DNA of 64,000 nucleotides from Prasinococcaceae sp. CCMP 1430 (lineage: Eukaryota > Plantae > Prasinodermophyta): contig RQSC01000004.1 of assembly GCA_013416795.1 (NCBI GenBank), forward strand, positions 270,787-334,786, in the 5' to 3' direction. The notes under the pieces were generated by a model. It did not search any database. It was not told the DNA's origin and worked only from the letters and a program-made list of their open reading frames with translations. A program made the translations under genes and the position numbers. Below, piece after piece: positions 41,540 to 52,391 of this stretch (positions are counted from its first letter, which is position 1; each line of letters begins with the position of its first letter).

Positions 41540-43104
41540 ATGGCGGCGGGCGGCAGCGCGCACGCCTCGCAGCGGCGGTGCGTGCTCGCGCTGCTGGGAT
41601 TGATCGTGGTCGCAGCTGCGGGGATCCTGGGGGCTTCGGTAGGGTACTCGTACGGCGCGTATAGTAGCTCGCGCTGGGCGCCGCTGCGCATTGAGAGCGC
41701 AGCTCCCGACGGCATGGCGATGGCGAATGTGGAGGCACCGGCCGGCCAGGAGACGGCCATCGTGCCGCTGCTGCTCCCGCAACTCGCAGATTTCGCCGCC
41801 TGTGCAGACGGGAACGGAAACAACTTCGCGAACGGCACGACTCTCCCAGTGCCGCTGCGCTGCCCGAAAGCGAGCCTGGGCGGGCGCACAGTGGTAGACG
41901 TTGGGGTGCGTCGAGGCCTGAATTCCCTCTCCCTGCCGTCATCGTGCAGCTGCGCTCATGATGCGTGGAGGCTGACCCGCGCACGCTCGCGTGCGATCTG
42001 CGCTGCTGCGTTTGCAGCTGAAGAGCGGCATAGAGACGCTCGGTGCTTGCGAGCTCAACGCTACAATCTTTGCCTTCGAGCCAGTGCCGGAGTTTGTCAC
42101 GGACATCGCCGCAAAGCTCCAGAAGCTCGGCGTGACATATGACACGCTCCACGTCCCCATGCCCGATGCCCTCCATCGGCTCGAAGCAGGTCCTCAAGAA
42201 AGTGCCGTTGTTGCGCTTTCTGACGAATCTGCGTATCGCCCACCAGCAGTGCCGCAAGAACTGCTCGCGGCGGCAAGAGCGAGGGCAGAGGAGGCGCGAC
42301 AAGGCGGCAAATGTCACGTCGTGCTCGTAAACGCCGCGGCAGGTGCGGAGGCCAGATGGACGACGCTTTGGACGAACAATGGGTGGTGAGACGCGCATAG
42401 TCCGCGCAGAAGCTCGCGCACGCGTTCGAGCGCTCAAGATGAGTCCAGCACGAAGGGGCTGGGTTGAGTTTAGAACCGTTGGGCTGACGCAAGGCGCGCT
42501 CGCAGGGGAGCATCACTGGTCGATAAGCTCTCACCACGGAATCAGATGGCCGGGAAGACGTGGAGGGTGGTGCCGACGCTGCGTGTGGACTCGGTAGTTC
42601 CACAGCAGGACATTTACCTGGTGTGTCAGCGCGCGCGCACGCCACCTCACCGCCTGCGCGCGCGCGCGCACGCGCGCATGCAACTGGCCGCTGATACAAC
42701 CACCACAGATGAAATTGGACGTGCAGGGATACGAGCACGAGGTCATCCGGGGGGCGAGCAAGCTCTTCGCGGGAACGCGCGGCAGCGTGCGGCAGCTTTG
42801 GTCAGAGCTGTGGGAGACGGGCCTGCGCAAAGCGAAGACGACGGTTGCGGACTATCTCGTCGAGCTCCAAAAGCATGGCATGGCTTGCTTCGAGACCACA
42901 AGCCGTGCTCAGCTGCTCGCGGACTCCACCAAGTGCCAGGCAGCCATGGCAACAAACTCGACCCTGCGCGCTCTGTACGGGTCGAGCGTTTCGAGCACGG
43001 ACGCCAGGGTTGCCCAGGCGCTCAAAGTGGAGTGTGGCGATGATCCCGCACATTATCACTTCTTCGAGGACATGTGGTGTGTCAACGTGCGGCACCATTC
43101 ATAA
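41540..43104 (+). CDS. FkbM-family (Methyltransf_21) SAM-dependent methyltransferase with an N-terminal membrane anchor; 4 exons (41540-41905, 42018-42385, 42506-42620, 42709-43104)
   Basis: The spliced product gives TVVDVG|LKSG (motif I), IFAFEPVP, LVNAAAG, PTLRVDSVV and IYL|MKLDVQGYEHEVIRGA. Three GT-AG introns, each with a CTGAC/CTGAT branch site, keep the frame. N-terminal TM CVLALLGLIVVAAAGILGASVGY. Confidence 0.85.
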
Positions 43105-43642
43105 ACAGCGACTTGCGTCCCTCATGGTCGTCGTCGCGTCGCCGGGAGTATCTCTTGCCTCATGCGATACCACCCGCCACCTTCACTGCTGCCAGTCAGA
43201 CCCCCCGCCCCTTGGACCTCCTCAAAGCGGGCCTCGCCCTTGCGCCGCTGCGCGAGCTGGTACTCATACAGCCCCTCGCACATATTTTCGAGCTCATGCC
43301 CGCAAATGTCGCGCTCCTGCGAGCGCGAGTTCTGTGCGAGCGCCCACACACCGCCGCCTGCTCCGACGTCTAGGAAGCGCGCCCCACGCATCCCTGCCGC
43401 CGGGCGCGACAGCGCTGCCTCAACGAGCGGCGCGTTGCGCTGGTCGTCGTGCACCGCGCCACTCTAGGACGCAGGCAGCAGCTGTATGCGCGTGCCCTCG
43501 CCGAGTAGCATGTTGCGCACACCGGCGGACGAGGGCATCCAGCAGCTGCGCGGGCGCACGCGCTCGCGCGCACGCGTGTGGAGCCCAGGTTTTCGCCGTC
43601 ATATCCGGAGGAGGCGCGTGCGCGGCTGTCACACCTCGCGCG

Positions 43643-44287
43643 ATGGCGACCATCCGCGCCGCACTCCCACAAACTGCGATGACGCGGCCGCGGTGGCGCG
43701 TGCGCCGCAGCCGCCGTGGCGCCGCTGCGCTCGCCGCCGCCGCCGCCGCTGCTGCAGGTTTGGGCGCCGCGGCGCCAGCGCCGAAGTTCGCGCTGCTGCC
43801 CGTCGCGGGAGACGGCCGGTGCCTGTTCCGGAGCGTGGCCGCGGCGCGCGCTCTCCTCGCTGGCGGCGGCCGCAGCGATGAGCGCACGGAGCGCGCCACC
43901 GCCGACGAGCTCCGCGGCCGCGCAGTCGCAGAGCTCGCAGGGCGCCGCGAGGAGCTCTCGTGGGCGGTTGAGCATGAGGCTTCAAGCTTCGAGGACTACC
44001 TCGCACGCATGTCGTCGCCGTCCGCGTGGGGCGGCGAGATTGAGATGCTGTGCCTGTCGCACGCACTACAAGAGCCCATCGCTGTCTACATGCCGGCAAC
44101 TTCAACCGCACACCACAACGGGGCTCTAGTGCACGGCGGCCAGGAGATGCCGCTGTCGCGCATCGCGCTGTACGGCGAAGACTACGCGCCCGGCGAGTGC
44201 GAGCCCACCAGTGTCGCCTCTCTGCTCTTCGACGGCGTCGGCCACTACCAAGGGCTCACCCCACTGCCGGGCGACTCCAAGCTGTGA
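43643..44287 (+). CDS. OTU-domain cysteine protease (deubiquitinase), plant OTU3/OTU4-like, possible transit peptide
   Basis: PVAGDGRCLFRSVA (Asp/Cys box), YLARMSSPSAWGGEIE and LLFDGVGHY (His box). Confidence 0.9.
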   Translation: MATIRAALPQTAMTRPRWRVRRSRRGAAALAAAAAAAAGLGAAAPAPKFALLPVAGDGRCLFRSVAAARALLAGGGRSDERTERATADELRGRAVAELAGRREELSWAVEHEASSFEDYLARMSSPSAWGGEIEMLCLSHALQEPIAVYMPATSTAHHNGALVHGGQEMPLSRIALYGEDYAPGECEPTSVASLLFDGVGHYQGLTPLPGDSKL

Positions 44288-44364
44288 GCGCGAGCGTGAG
44301 GGCTGCCTGAGGTACTCGTTGCGCTCGCAGTGAGCGCACATGTAACAAATGTGAAATATACAGG

Positions 44365-44547
44365 TCACGTGTCCTCCCACGCACTACCGCTGCTGTCGGA
44401 CGAGCCGGCGTCGCCCGATTGCTCGGAGTTCTCCCCATCGCTGACGTCCGACTCAGGGTGTGCAGGAGCGTCGGGCGATGATGCGAGCACTGGCGCGGCC
44501 GCCGGTGCCGGTGCGAGCGCAGCCACAGGCGAGATAGGCGAGGGCAT

Positions 44548-44580
<33 letters not shown>

Positions 44581-47500
44581 AGAAGGCACGGGCGCTGGCC
44601 CGCGGGAAGCCCCCTCGGTAGATGCGGGAGCGGTAGATGGCACGCGCGCAGGTGGTTGTGCGCGCACGCGGAACGCGCTGGCAATGTCGCGCTCCACTGC
44701 AGCGTTGGCAGTATCCACCGAGCAGCTGCTGACGCGAAGACTGGTGGGCCTGCCTTTGGATATGTGCTCCTCCGCACCGTCGGTGCCCGCGTCGCACCAC
44801 GCCACCTCGTACGAGCCGAGGTCGAAGACGCCTGGTGCAAGCACTGCGAGCGTCGCGGCCGTCTCGGTGGTGGCGCCGGGTGCGAGCTCGCCGAGCTCGA
44901 CGTTCGTGCGCCCTACCCATACCCACGACGTGGAGCGCGGTGGAGACACGACCAGGCCCTGCGCGAACCACGCACCCCCGACCGTCGGGGGCGGTGCGAG
45001 CAAGCGAAGTCGACAGCGCGCCGCCACGCTGCCTGCGTTGTGCACCCTCACCGTGCAAGCAACCAGGGCCATTGCCGCCGACGCGAAGTCGTGGGCGACG
45101 CTCACGGGCGCCTGCACCGTGCATCGGACACCGCCGCACTGGGTCGAGCCGGCCGCAGCAGCGCGTACGAGCGACACGCCGGCGCAGGCCCCTTGGGCGC
45201 CATGCAAGTCGATGCTCTTCCACACCACAGCAGCATCCGTCACCACAGCTGGCGTGCCAGACCCGCCCGCGCGCGAATCTGACACGCGCTCACGCTCGCG
45301 GCGCCAGAGCTCGCCGGCGGGCCCGCCGCTGAGCGGCCCAGGGCCCGCCCCCTCGAGTAGTGGAACTGCACACTCACTGCGCGGGCCGGTCTTTTCACCT
45401 GCGCCGAGCGCGCAGAGCACAGTAGTCGCCGCGCCCGGCGGCAGTTCAGCCGGCATCCTCTCACCCGCCACCAGGCTCGCGCATCCGACGCCACGAGCAC
45501 AGACGCTAAGCTGCTGCACGGAGATGGCAGTGGTGCCGAGGTTGTGCAGGTCGACCCGAAGCAGCGCGCGCTCAGCGTTGGCCGCAGATGCGATGACCGC
45601 TCCGCTACATTTTAGCGCAGGCAAAACGTCGACGGTGCGCACCATGCGGAGCGCCATTCGTCGTAGCTCGAGGGGCGGGAGCGATCCATCCGCCTCTCGG
45701 ACGGGCGAGTACAGCGTCGACAAGAGGAGTCTCTGCGTCACCATGGCAGACGTGCCATTAGCAGGTGCTCGCAGCCACAGCGGCACGTGCACGCTCGCAC
45801 CGGGGACGAGTGTCCCCCCCGCCTCGAGCACCGCAAATGCGCGCGCTTTGTTGCCCATCGCCGCTGCGGACTCGGTCAGTGCCAGCTCCTCCAGAATCGT
45901 CGACGACGACACGGCGGCAGCCACACGGTCCTCATCCGCACCCTCACCGACGCTCAGAGCGCTCATCTCCGTCTCGATGGAGGCAGCGTCGCCGCCATCG
46001 CGAGGTTTGCCTGGCTGGGCGATAGCACCATCCTCCACCACGAGTTTCAGCCCCTGCAGTCCCATGGCACCCGCGTTTGTGAGCCGGAGATTCGTGCGCA
46101 CCCACTGGCCCTGCAACATCGACGATGGGAGGCCGGTGAGCTCGCACGTCAGCCGCGGGGCAGGCGGCGAGACCATGAACGCGAGCCGCCTGCGAGGTGA
46201 GGGGCCCTTTGAATTGCTTCCTGGGCCCTTGCGCGGGCGTTGGAAGTCAATGCGACCGCAGGCTTCGCCCTGCAGGGTCCACTCGACGCCCAGTACGCGC
46301 ATGGTGCCGTGCTCCAGCGGCTTGCAGCGCAGCTTGAGCGATGTGCGCTCGTTCGGCAGCAGCGACACACTCTGCTCAGGACACTCTACTTTCTCCATCT
46401 TGGACAGCTCGCTCTCGGACTCGACCTTGCTCATATCATCACCGACGAGATGTCCCAGCACAGGCTCGCTGGCAGCACGCACGTGGCCCTTGCGACTCCC
46501 GAGCCCCGCGGCGTGCTCCACCGGGTGCCTGAGCTCGCACACCAGCCGCACATGCGTGAGCGCGATCGGGAGCGAAGTCACATTGTGGACTTGGACGATC
46601 ACCGTCACTTCCTCACCAGCCACGCATGCGTTCGTTGGCTCTGCCTGCTTCTTGCGCCCCGCCACCCCTGCTGCGGTGTCCATCCAGGTCGGGCCGCCAG
46701 CACGCTCGCCACTCGGAACGACATCCTCCATCGATGTCCAGGTGGCCTCGTCGATGGTATCAGCCCCAACGCCATCGTGGCTGCGCCAGTCCTGGAAATG
46801 CACCGAATACCTGCTGACATCGATCAGCGGCAGCGGCAGGGCCATGGGCGCGGCCGCAGTACCCAGAAGCTCGTCGACGTGCGTGCCCTCGCCCTTGCGC
46901 GAGCTCTTCAGCACATACATGAACTCGTTCATGAATGATTGCTGTGTCTGCTGCGACTGGTGGCCCGAGCCCAGCAGCTTCGAGAAATGGGATGCTGCGA
47001 GCACGTGGTCGCCGAGGTGCGCGGCGTGCCGTCCGAGCGTGGCATGGATGTGGTCGTATATGAAGCGCCATCGCTTGTTGTCGAACTGCTCCTGTGTCGT
47101 GGCGTACGTGCGCATCGCGTGCGCCCGGAGGCCTGCTTGCGCGTAACGGAAACCCGCCAGCACGAGGTGGAAGCCCGCATGGCGCCGCAGCGACTGTGGC
47201 GCCCGCGCTGCCAGCAGCGCTCCTCGCTCGCGCAACACGCCGGCTGCTGGCCCAGCCTCGTAGTCGGCGCTGCGGCAAAGCTCGCGGCTCGCCTCGCGAT
47301 AGCTCCCGCGTGCGACATACAGATCCGCGAGCGCCATCGCCGCACGACAGGACAGCAGCGACGCGTGGGGCGCGGGCACCGAGCTCGCGGGGTCGTCCTT
47401 GGGACGAGGGGGCGCCTTGCGATACGCCTCGAGCGCATCCAGGAACGCCGCCTCCGCCTCGCGCCGCGTCGGCTCCGCCTGCAGCAGCGACATCGCGCGA

Positions 47501-48564
47501 GCCTCGTGCGCAGCGCCGAGATGGGCCCACGCACGGTCGACCTTGTAGTCCGCCACCAGCAGGGCATAGTGCCCCGCTGCGAGCGCGTAGTCATGCATCA
47601 TGAAGGCCAGGTCGCCGGCGAGGCGCAGCGTCGCCTCCGACGACCCTGCCGGATACGCGACGTCAGCCCCGCCGTTCGCGCCACCGCTATCGCGAGTGTC
47701 CGCGGCCTTGCGCCATCTGTTTTTCATCACATTCATCATGCCCTTGCGCGTGGAGCTCACGTGGTGATCGATCGCTCGTACGCGCCTCTCCAGGTACGGG
47801 ATCAGGTGTTTTGATAGGAGGTCGCCGACGTACGCGCCGATGGGGTCGCCCTGTTGCGCCAGGTCCGCGCCCGCCGCCTCGGCCGGCGCGAGCCTGAGCA
47901 TGCGCACCACCACCGCCGCGCCAAGCGCCTCCTGGCACTGTCTGAGCACCTCTACCGCTTGCTGGTCTGTGGTGCCGCGGGCCGGATCATGCACCAGCAG
48001 GTAGTACCTGTCCATGTTGGAATCCATCGTGCCGTCCGCCAGCGGGATGGGCACGCGCGGTGCCCCGTACATCGAGCGCAGGAGGTTCGGGGGGTCCCGG
48101 CACTCGGTGGACGCAATGCTCAGTACTGCGACGGGGTGGTCGAACGCCTCCACCTCGGAGAAGGCCAGCGCGTCGCCGATCGCGCCGCGCGCCTCCTCCA
48201 GCCATGGCATGTGCTGCTCGACCTGGCCGCCGCTGTCGGCGAATCGCTCAAGGCAGAACGTCTTCGAAGACGGCAGACAGCCGGGCTGCACGAGCGGCTC
48301 CTGCGCGGCCGTGAGCACTTTCATTAGCGCCTCCTCTGCCTCTGCCGGCGAGCGCGCGCGCATCTCCGTCGGCGTGACGAAGCGCGCCGCGAACTCAGTC
48401 AGGCGGTATGCTGCCTCGGCGCTCGTACGCAGCGGAACGTTGATGCCGCGGACGACGCCACGCGCGCCGAGTGCGGCGGCAGCGCCTTTCCCCCCGAACG
48501 CCTCGTCCGCGCCCGGCGACGCCATGGTCAGCACCACCGGCGACCGCTTCGACCGGCCCAACAT
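44365..48564 (-). CDS. TRAPPC8: TRAPP III complex subunit TRAPPC8 / TRS85; single exon
   Basis: SEVEAFDHPVAVL, DSNMDRYYLLVHD, KHLIPYLERRVRAI, RKGMMNVMKNRW, EATLRLAGDLAFMMHDY, DYKVDRAW, RRHAGFHLVLAG, ACVAGEEV, NPL-like HNVTSLPI. Confidence 0.92.
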
Positions 48565-48940
48565 GGCTGCCGCCTGGCCACCCCGCCTGCGCCTCCTGTG
48601 GGGACAGTCCCCACGGGCCCCGCTCACTCGCCTCGCCCCAGCGCGCTCAACACCTGCGCACGCGTCCACGAGCCCGCTCTCCTCCAAGCTCGCGCGCGCC
48701 GGCGTGCGTGCGCGCACGGGCGCCCTGTCGGTCGCGCCTGCGGTTCTTCCCCCCCACGACCTCCCCCTCTGGCCAGAGGCGCGCCACTCCGCGCCGCGCG
48801 GCCCGCCCGCCCGCGCGCCGCGGCGCGTGCACTGTGTGCCCACGCCTCCCGATCGTGTCCAACCCCCTCATGCTCCCCCCCCCCCCCCCAACGCTGCTGC
48901 TGCGGGGCGCCATTCGGATCCTGCAACAGCCGCGCGCGGT

Positions 48941-48980
48941 GCGCGCGCGCGCGCGCGCGCGCGCGCCCCTAACCCTAACC
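48941..48980. repeat. Perfect alternating (GC)13 tract directly followed by CCCTAACCCTAACC (telomere-like / telo-box)
   Basis: Read directly from the sequence, in the TRAPPC8 / mL54 divergent intergenic region. Confidence 0.8.
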
Positions 48981-49521
48981 TCCTCCGTTCCCCCAACGCC
49001 TCCCTTCGCGTTCGCTTTGACCGCTCCTTCCGCCCGTTCGCGGACCCTGCCACGGATTCGACCCGTCCATCCGCGCGCGCGCGCGCGCGCGCGCCGCGGG
49101 CCATCGAAACGCATGCGTCGCGCGCGAGAGCCATCCGTCGGCGGCGGGCGGGCAATCGCCGTCCCGCGGAACGCGCGGCCGCGAAACGCCGCGCCCGGCC
49201 GCGCGTTTTCGCGGACGCGCCGGAATTTCGCCGACGCGCGGGCGCGGGTTCGCCCCGGGGGGGAGGGGGCGAAGAGACTCAAAATGACCTAACTCTGATG
49301 CATCCATTTTCTGGGGATGAAAATAGAGGGGTTCTCTCTGCATGCGCGTCTGAGCGAAGAAAGAGTCTTCCTTTGATGTCCCTTGCACGCCCCACGAGCG
49401 CGCAATTTTTCAAAACGTCACGATGAAATATTTACATTACCGTAATACTGATATTTACGGTTACTGCGCGCTCATCATGCGTCGACCGCGAGCAATACTT
49501 ACATCTTATACCATCCGGGAG

Positions 49522-50052
49522 ATGGAAGAATTAAACCCTAGTCAAGGGGCGGCGCGGCGGGCGGGGCGCGCGACCCCGCCGCCGTCGACGTTCCGGAGGC
49601 GCCGTTTCGAGCGCGCGTCGCGCGCGGGGGGCGCCCGACCGCCTCTGCGCTTCGCGCTCACCGCCGCGGCAGCGGCAGCGGCTGTGGCCGCGCCGCCGCT
49701 GGCAACGTCAGCCCCCCCTCTCGCGGTGGCGGCGCCCGGCGCTGCGCTGCTCGCTGGCCGTACTCGGGGCTTCGCCAAGCGGCCGCCGCAGCCTGCTGTG
49801 GACCCGCGCAGCGTCACCGAGGAGCCGACGCACGTGTGGGGACTCAACATCCGCAAGGGCGGTGAGGACCCACCTGTGGGCGCAGACGAGGACTACCCCG
49901 AGTGGGTGTTTTCGCTCGCGGACGAAATGCCCACGCTCGCGCAGCTCGAGCGCATACCGCCAGAGGAGCGCACGCCCGCGCAGGAGAAGCGCATGGCGAG
50001 GCTGTCGAGGCGCGCGCACATCAAGGCGAAGAACGCCTCCAAGTCCTTCTAA
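49522..50052 (+). CDS. MRPL54: Mitochondrial ribosomal protein mL54 (L37/L54 family); start uncertain
   Basis: THVWGLNIRKGGEDPPVGADEDYPEWVFSLADEMPTLAQL...RMARLSRRAHIKAKN matches the Ribosomal_L37 / mL54 motif. Confidence 0.85.
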   Translation: MEELNPSQGAARRAGRATPPPSTFRRRRFERASRAGGARPPLRFALTAAAAAAAVAAPPLATSAPPLAVAAPGAALLAGRTRGFAKRPPQPAVDPRSVTEEPTHVWGLNIRKGGEDPPVGADEDYPEWVFSLADEMPTLAQLERIPPEERTPAQEKRMARLSRRAHIKAKNASKSF

Positions 50053-50396
50053 TAGAGGAATCGCGCGCTGTGGTGCCGGGGCGGGCGTCTGAGCCGCCGC
50101 GCTCTGCGGCGCATGTTGGCAGGGCGAGAGTCGCGTAGGGTGGCGATGGGACGCGATGTGTTTCCTCCGATGCCCTCGTCGCGGGCAAATTTGTGTGATA
50201 AGTATTCTACCATTTCCTCACCTGCGGTCGCACACCGACGGGCAGCCACGAGCAGCCACACGGAGCGTCGCCGGCTCTCGCGGCGCTCTCAGTCCTGGGG
50301 GAGCCTATCAGCGCGCGTTGCACGGCGTGTGCGGTTGCAGTATTCTACAAGTATCTTACAGCAGCCACGAGCCCCCCCCCCCGGGCCCCGACCGAC

Positions 50397-52391
50397 TCAG
50401 CGGTCGTCGCTCGCCGACGAATTGCTGCCTGACGCGGTCACGGGCTGCCCTGGCGAGTCGGAGAGGCGCAGGAGGCGCGAGGCCTCCTTGCCTGCGGTAG
50501 CGCTCTTCGGCGCAGCATTGCACAGCCTCGCAATCAGTTTCCCTTTCGTTGACGTTCCCTGAGGCAGCCCTTGGCGCTCGCACGCGCTGAGGAGCTCGCG
50601 TGCCTTGCGCTGCATCATCCAGTCGAGCAATGCCTCGTCGGAGAGCGCCTCGGCATCGGCTTCGGACAGGCCTGTCGCAACGCACGCCCACTCTAGCTGC
50701 CCACGCTTGCGCCCCTCGACCGACGCACGTGCACGCGTGAGACGCGCGCGCGAAAAGCGGTTCAATGGATTCGTGTCCTTCGGTGGATCCCGCGGAGGAG
50801 GCGGAGATGACTCGCCCGCGAACGAGCCGTTGTCGCTAGCGGCCAGCTCACCGGCACGCTGGTCGGCGCGGACGTCGTGCTCCTTCGTCTCGTCTGAAAC
50901 GGCAGCCAAATCCGAGGGGCGCAGTGCCTCCAGCGAGAGGTCAGCGTACGCGGCAGTTGCCGCCACGGCGGCGGCATCGCTCTCGTCAACCGCGGCATCG
51001 TCGTCGCGGGCAGTTGCCGTCGGGAAGGGCGCGCGCCGACCACCTTCGCACGCCGGGCACAGCACGTAACCCCAGCCGCCGCACAGCGCGCACGACAGAT
51101 TGACGGCGGTGGGCTCAAGCCCGCACGAGGGGCACACACGTCGGCCTGTGTTGTCGCACACTCGACACTCGGTCGGAGCGAGGCCCTTGCCGCGCCTGCG
51201 ACCGCTCTTCCCAGTGTCTGTTGTGGCGCTCTCGAGCATCCGCCGCGCCTGCGTGAATTTGAGGCGCGTGCGGAGATCTTCAACCTTTCCCGCCGTGGGA
51301 ACGCCGTAGAGCATGAGCGCTTTCTGTAGCATGCGTTTGTACATGGCATCGATCTCGGTGACCGTGAAGAGCGGCGGCGTCGACGACCCATACTCGTCAT
51401 TCGCGTCGGAGGCGTCGGGTTCCTCCGCCCACTCACCCATACCCTTTCCTAGTGGCACGCCACCGCCCAGCTGTCCCCTTTGCACCGGCGCGCCGCCGCC
51501 CCTGCCCTCGTTGGCCAGCCTCGCCGCGCCAGAAGGCTGCGGGAACTGCATATTGCGCCTGCGCGAGGTGTTCAGTAGCATCTTCTCGAGCTGCTTGTAC
51601 GTTGGGCGCTGCTCGACGACACCGAGAGGCGCGTAGCGACTGCCACCGTCCAGCAGCGCGTAGACGGCCCAGCCGTCGGGGTAGGCACGCATGACGCGCA
51701 CGACACCGCTCCCAGGCGTCTTGAATATGCCCGTTCGCGGGTTGCCCACGCGAACTTCGTACAGCTCGAAGCACGGCGCGAACGACTCGACGAACTCCTC
51801 TGCCCGGCGACGCGCGGCGCCGAAGCCGAAGTCGGACACGCCGAAAGCGTCGGCGCGCTCGCTCCACTCCGGGTTGATGACGAGCAGCGGCTCGCCGCGC
51901 GCGGCGCGTGCCTTCTCAATTGCGACAACTTTTTCCAACGTGTCGCCGTAGGGCGTCACCACCGCAGCGACCGCCCCGGGCCGCGCCTCGGCGCGCCGCA
52001 GCAGCGCGCTCGGCTCGGTGCCGTCGTCATCCAGACGCTCCGACACGACCTCGCCCGCGGCTGAGCCGTCCAGTGCGTCGAGCAGCGCGGCACCCATGAG
52101 GCGTGCTATGCGGAACTCCTCCGCGGCGGTCGCTTCCCCTGTCGAGTTCGTCGACATGTAGTTTGCGCGCCGAGCACCGCTCGGCAGAAGCCACCGCACG
52201 CGCACGCGGCTCACGCCCGCGTCGAGCGCGCGCCGCACGGCGCGCGCCGTGGACTGCACAACATCCTGCGGCGTTGTTGGCAGCGCGGGGACGCCCGCAC
52301 GCGACGCCCCCGGCCCGCTGCTCTCGTAGCCATCCCCCACGCATGCGGCCGGCCGGGCGCGCCGCAGCTGCGCTCGCGCGCGCGCACGTGC
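50397..52391 (-). CDS. Multidomain protein: DUF1995-like domain, SAP-like motif, DnaJ-type CxxCxGxG zinc finger and second SAP-like motif; 5' end obscured by the N at 52392
   Basis: LPTTPQDVVQSTARAVRRALDAG...PLLVINPEW...DFGFG...EEFVESF...VMRAYPDGWAVY...EQRPTYKQLE (DUF1995-like); LQKALMLYGVPTAGKVEDLRTRLK; CRVCDNTG..CPSC..CALCGGWG..CPACEG; LLSACERQGLPQGTSTKGKLIARL. Confidence 0.7.
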   Translation of the reverse strand, partial: ARARARAQLRRARPAACVGDGYESSGPGASRAGVPALPTTPQDVVQSTARAVRRALDAGVSRVRVRWLLPSGARRANYMSTNSTGEATAAEEFRIARLMGAALLDALDGSAAGEVVSERLDDDGTEPSALLRRAEARPGAVAAVVTPYGDTLEKVVAIEKARAARGEPLLVINPEWSERADAFGVSDFGFGAARRRAEEFVESFAPCFELYEVRVGNPRTGIFKTPGSGVVRVMRAYPDGWAVYALLDGGSRYAPLGVVEQRPTYKQLEKMLLNTSRRRNMQFPQPSGAARLANEGRGGGAPVQRGQLGGGVPLGKGMGEWAEEPDASDANDEYGSSTPPLFTVTEIDAMYKRMLQKALMLYGVPTAGKVEDLRTRLKFTQARRMLESATTDTGKSGRRRGKGLAPTECRVCDNTGRRVCPSCGLEPTAVNLSCALCGGWGYVLCPACEGGRRAPFPTATARDDDAAVDESDAAAVAATAAYADLSLEALRPSDLAAVSDETKEHDVRADQRAGELAASDNGSFAGESSPPPPRDPPKDTNPLNRFSRARLTRARASVEGRKRGQLEWACVATGLSEADAEALSDEALLDWMMQRKARELLSACERQGLPQGTSTKGKLIARLCNAAPKSATAGKEASRLLRLSDSPGQPVTASGSNSSASDDR

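Noticed and set aside
48967-48980. CCCTAACCCTAACC as a chromosome end or telomere
   Set aside because: Only two units, internal to the sequence and flanked by genes on both sides. Treated as a telo-box-like motif instead.
49270-49540. AT-rich island with a short inverted repeat (ACCGTAA...TTACGGT) and ATACTTAC, suggesting a MITE or U1 snRNA
   Set aside because: The similarity to U1 stops after 8 nt, and there are no terminal inverted repeats or target-site duplication. It is more simply promoter DNA.
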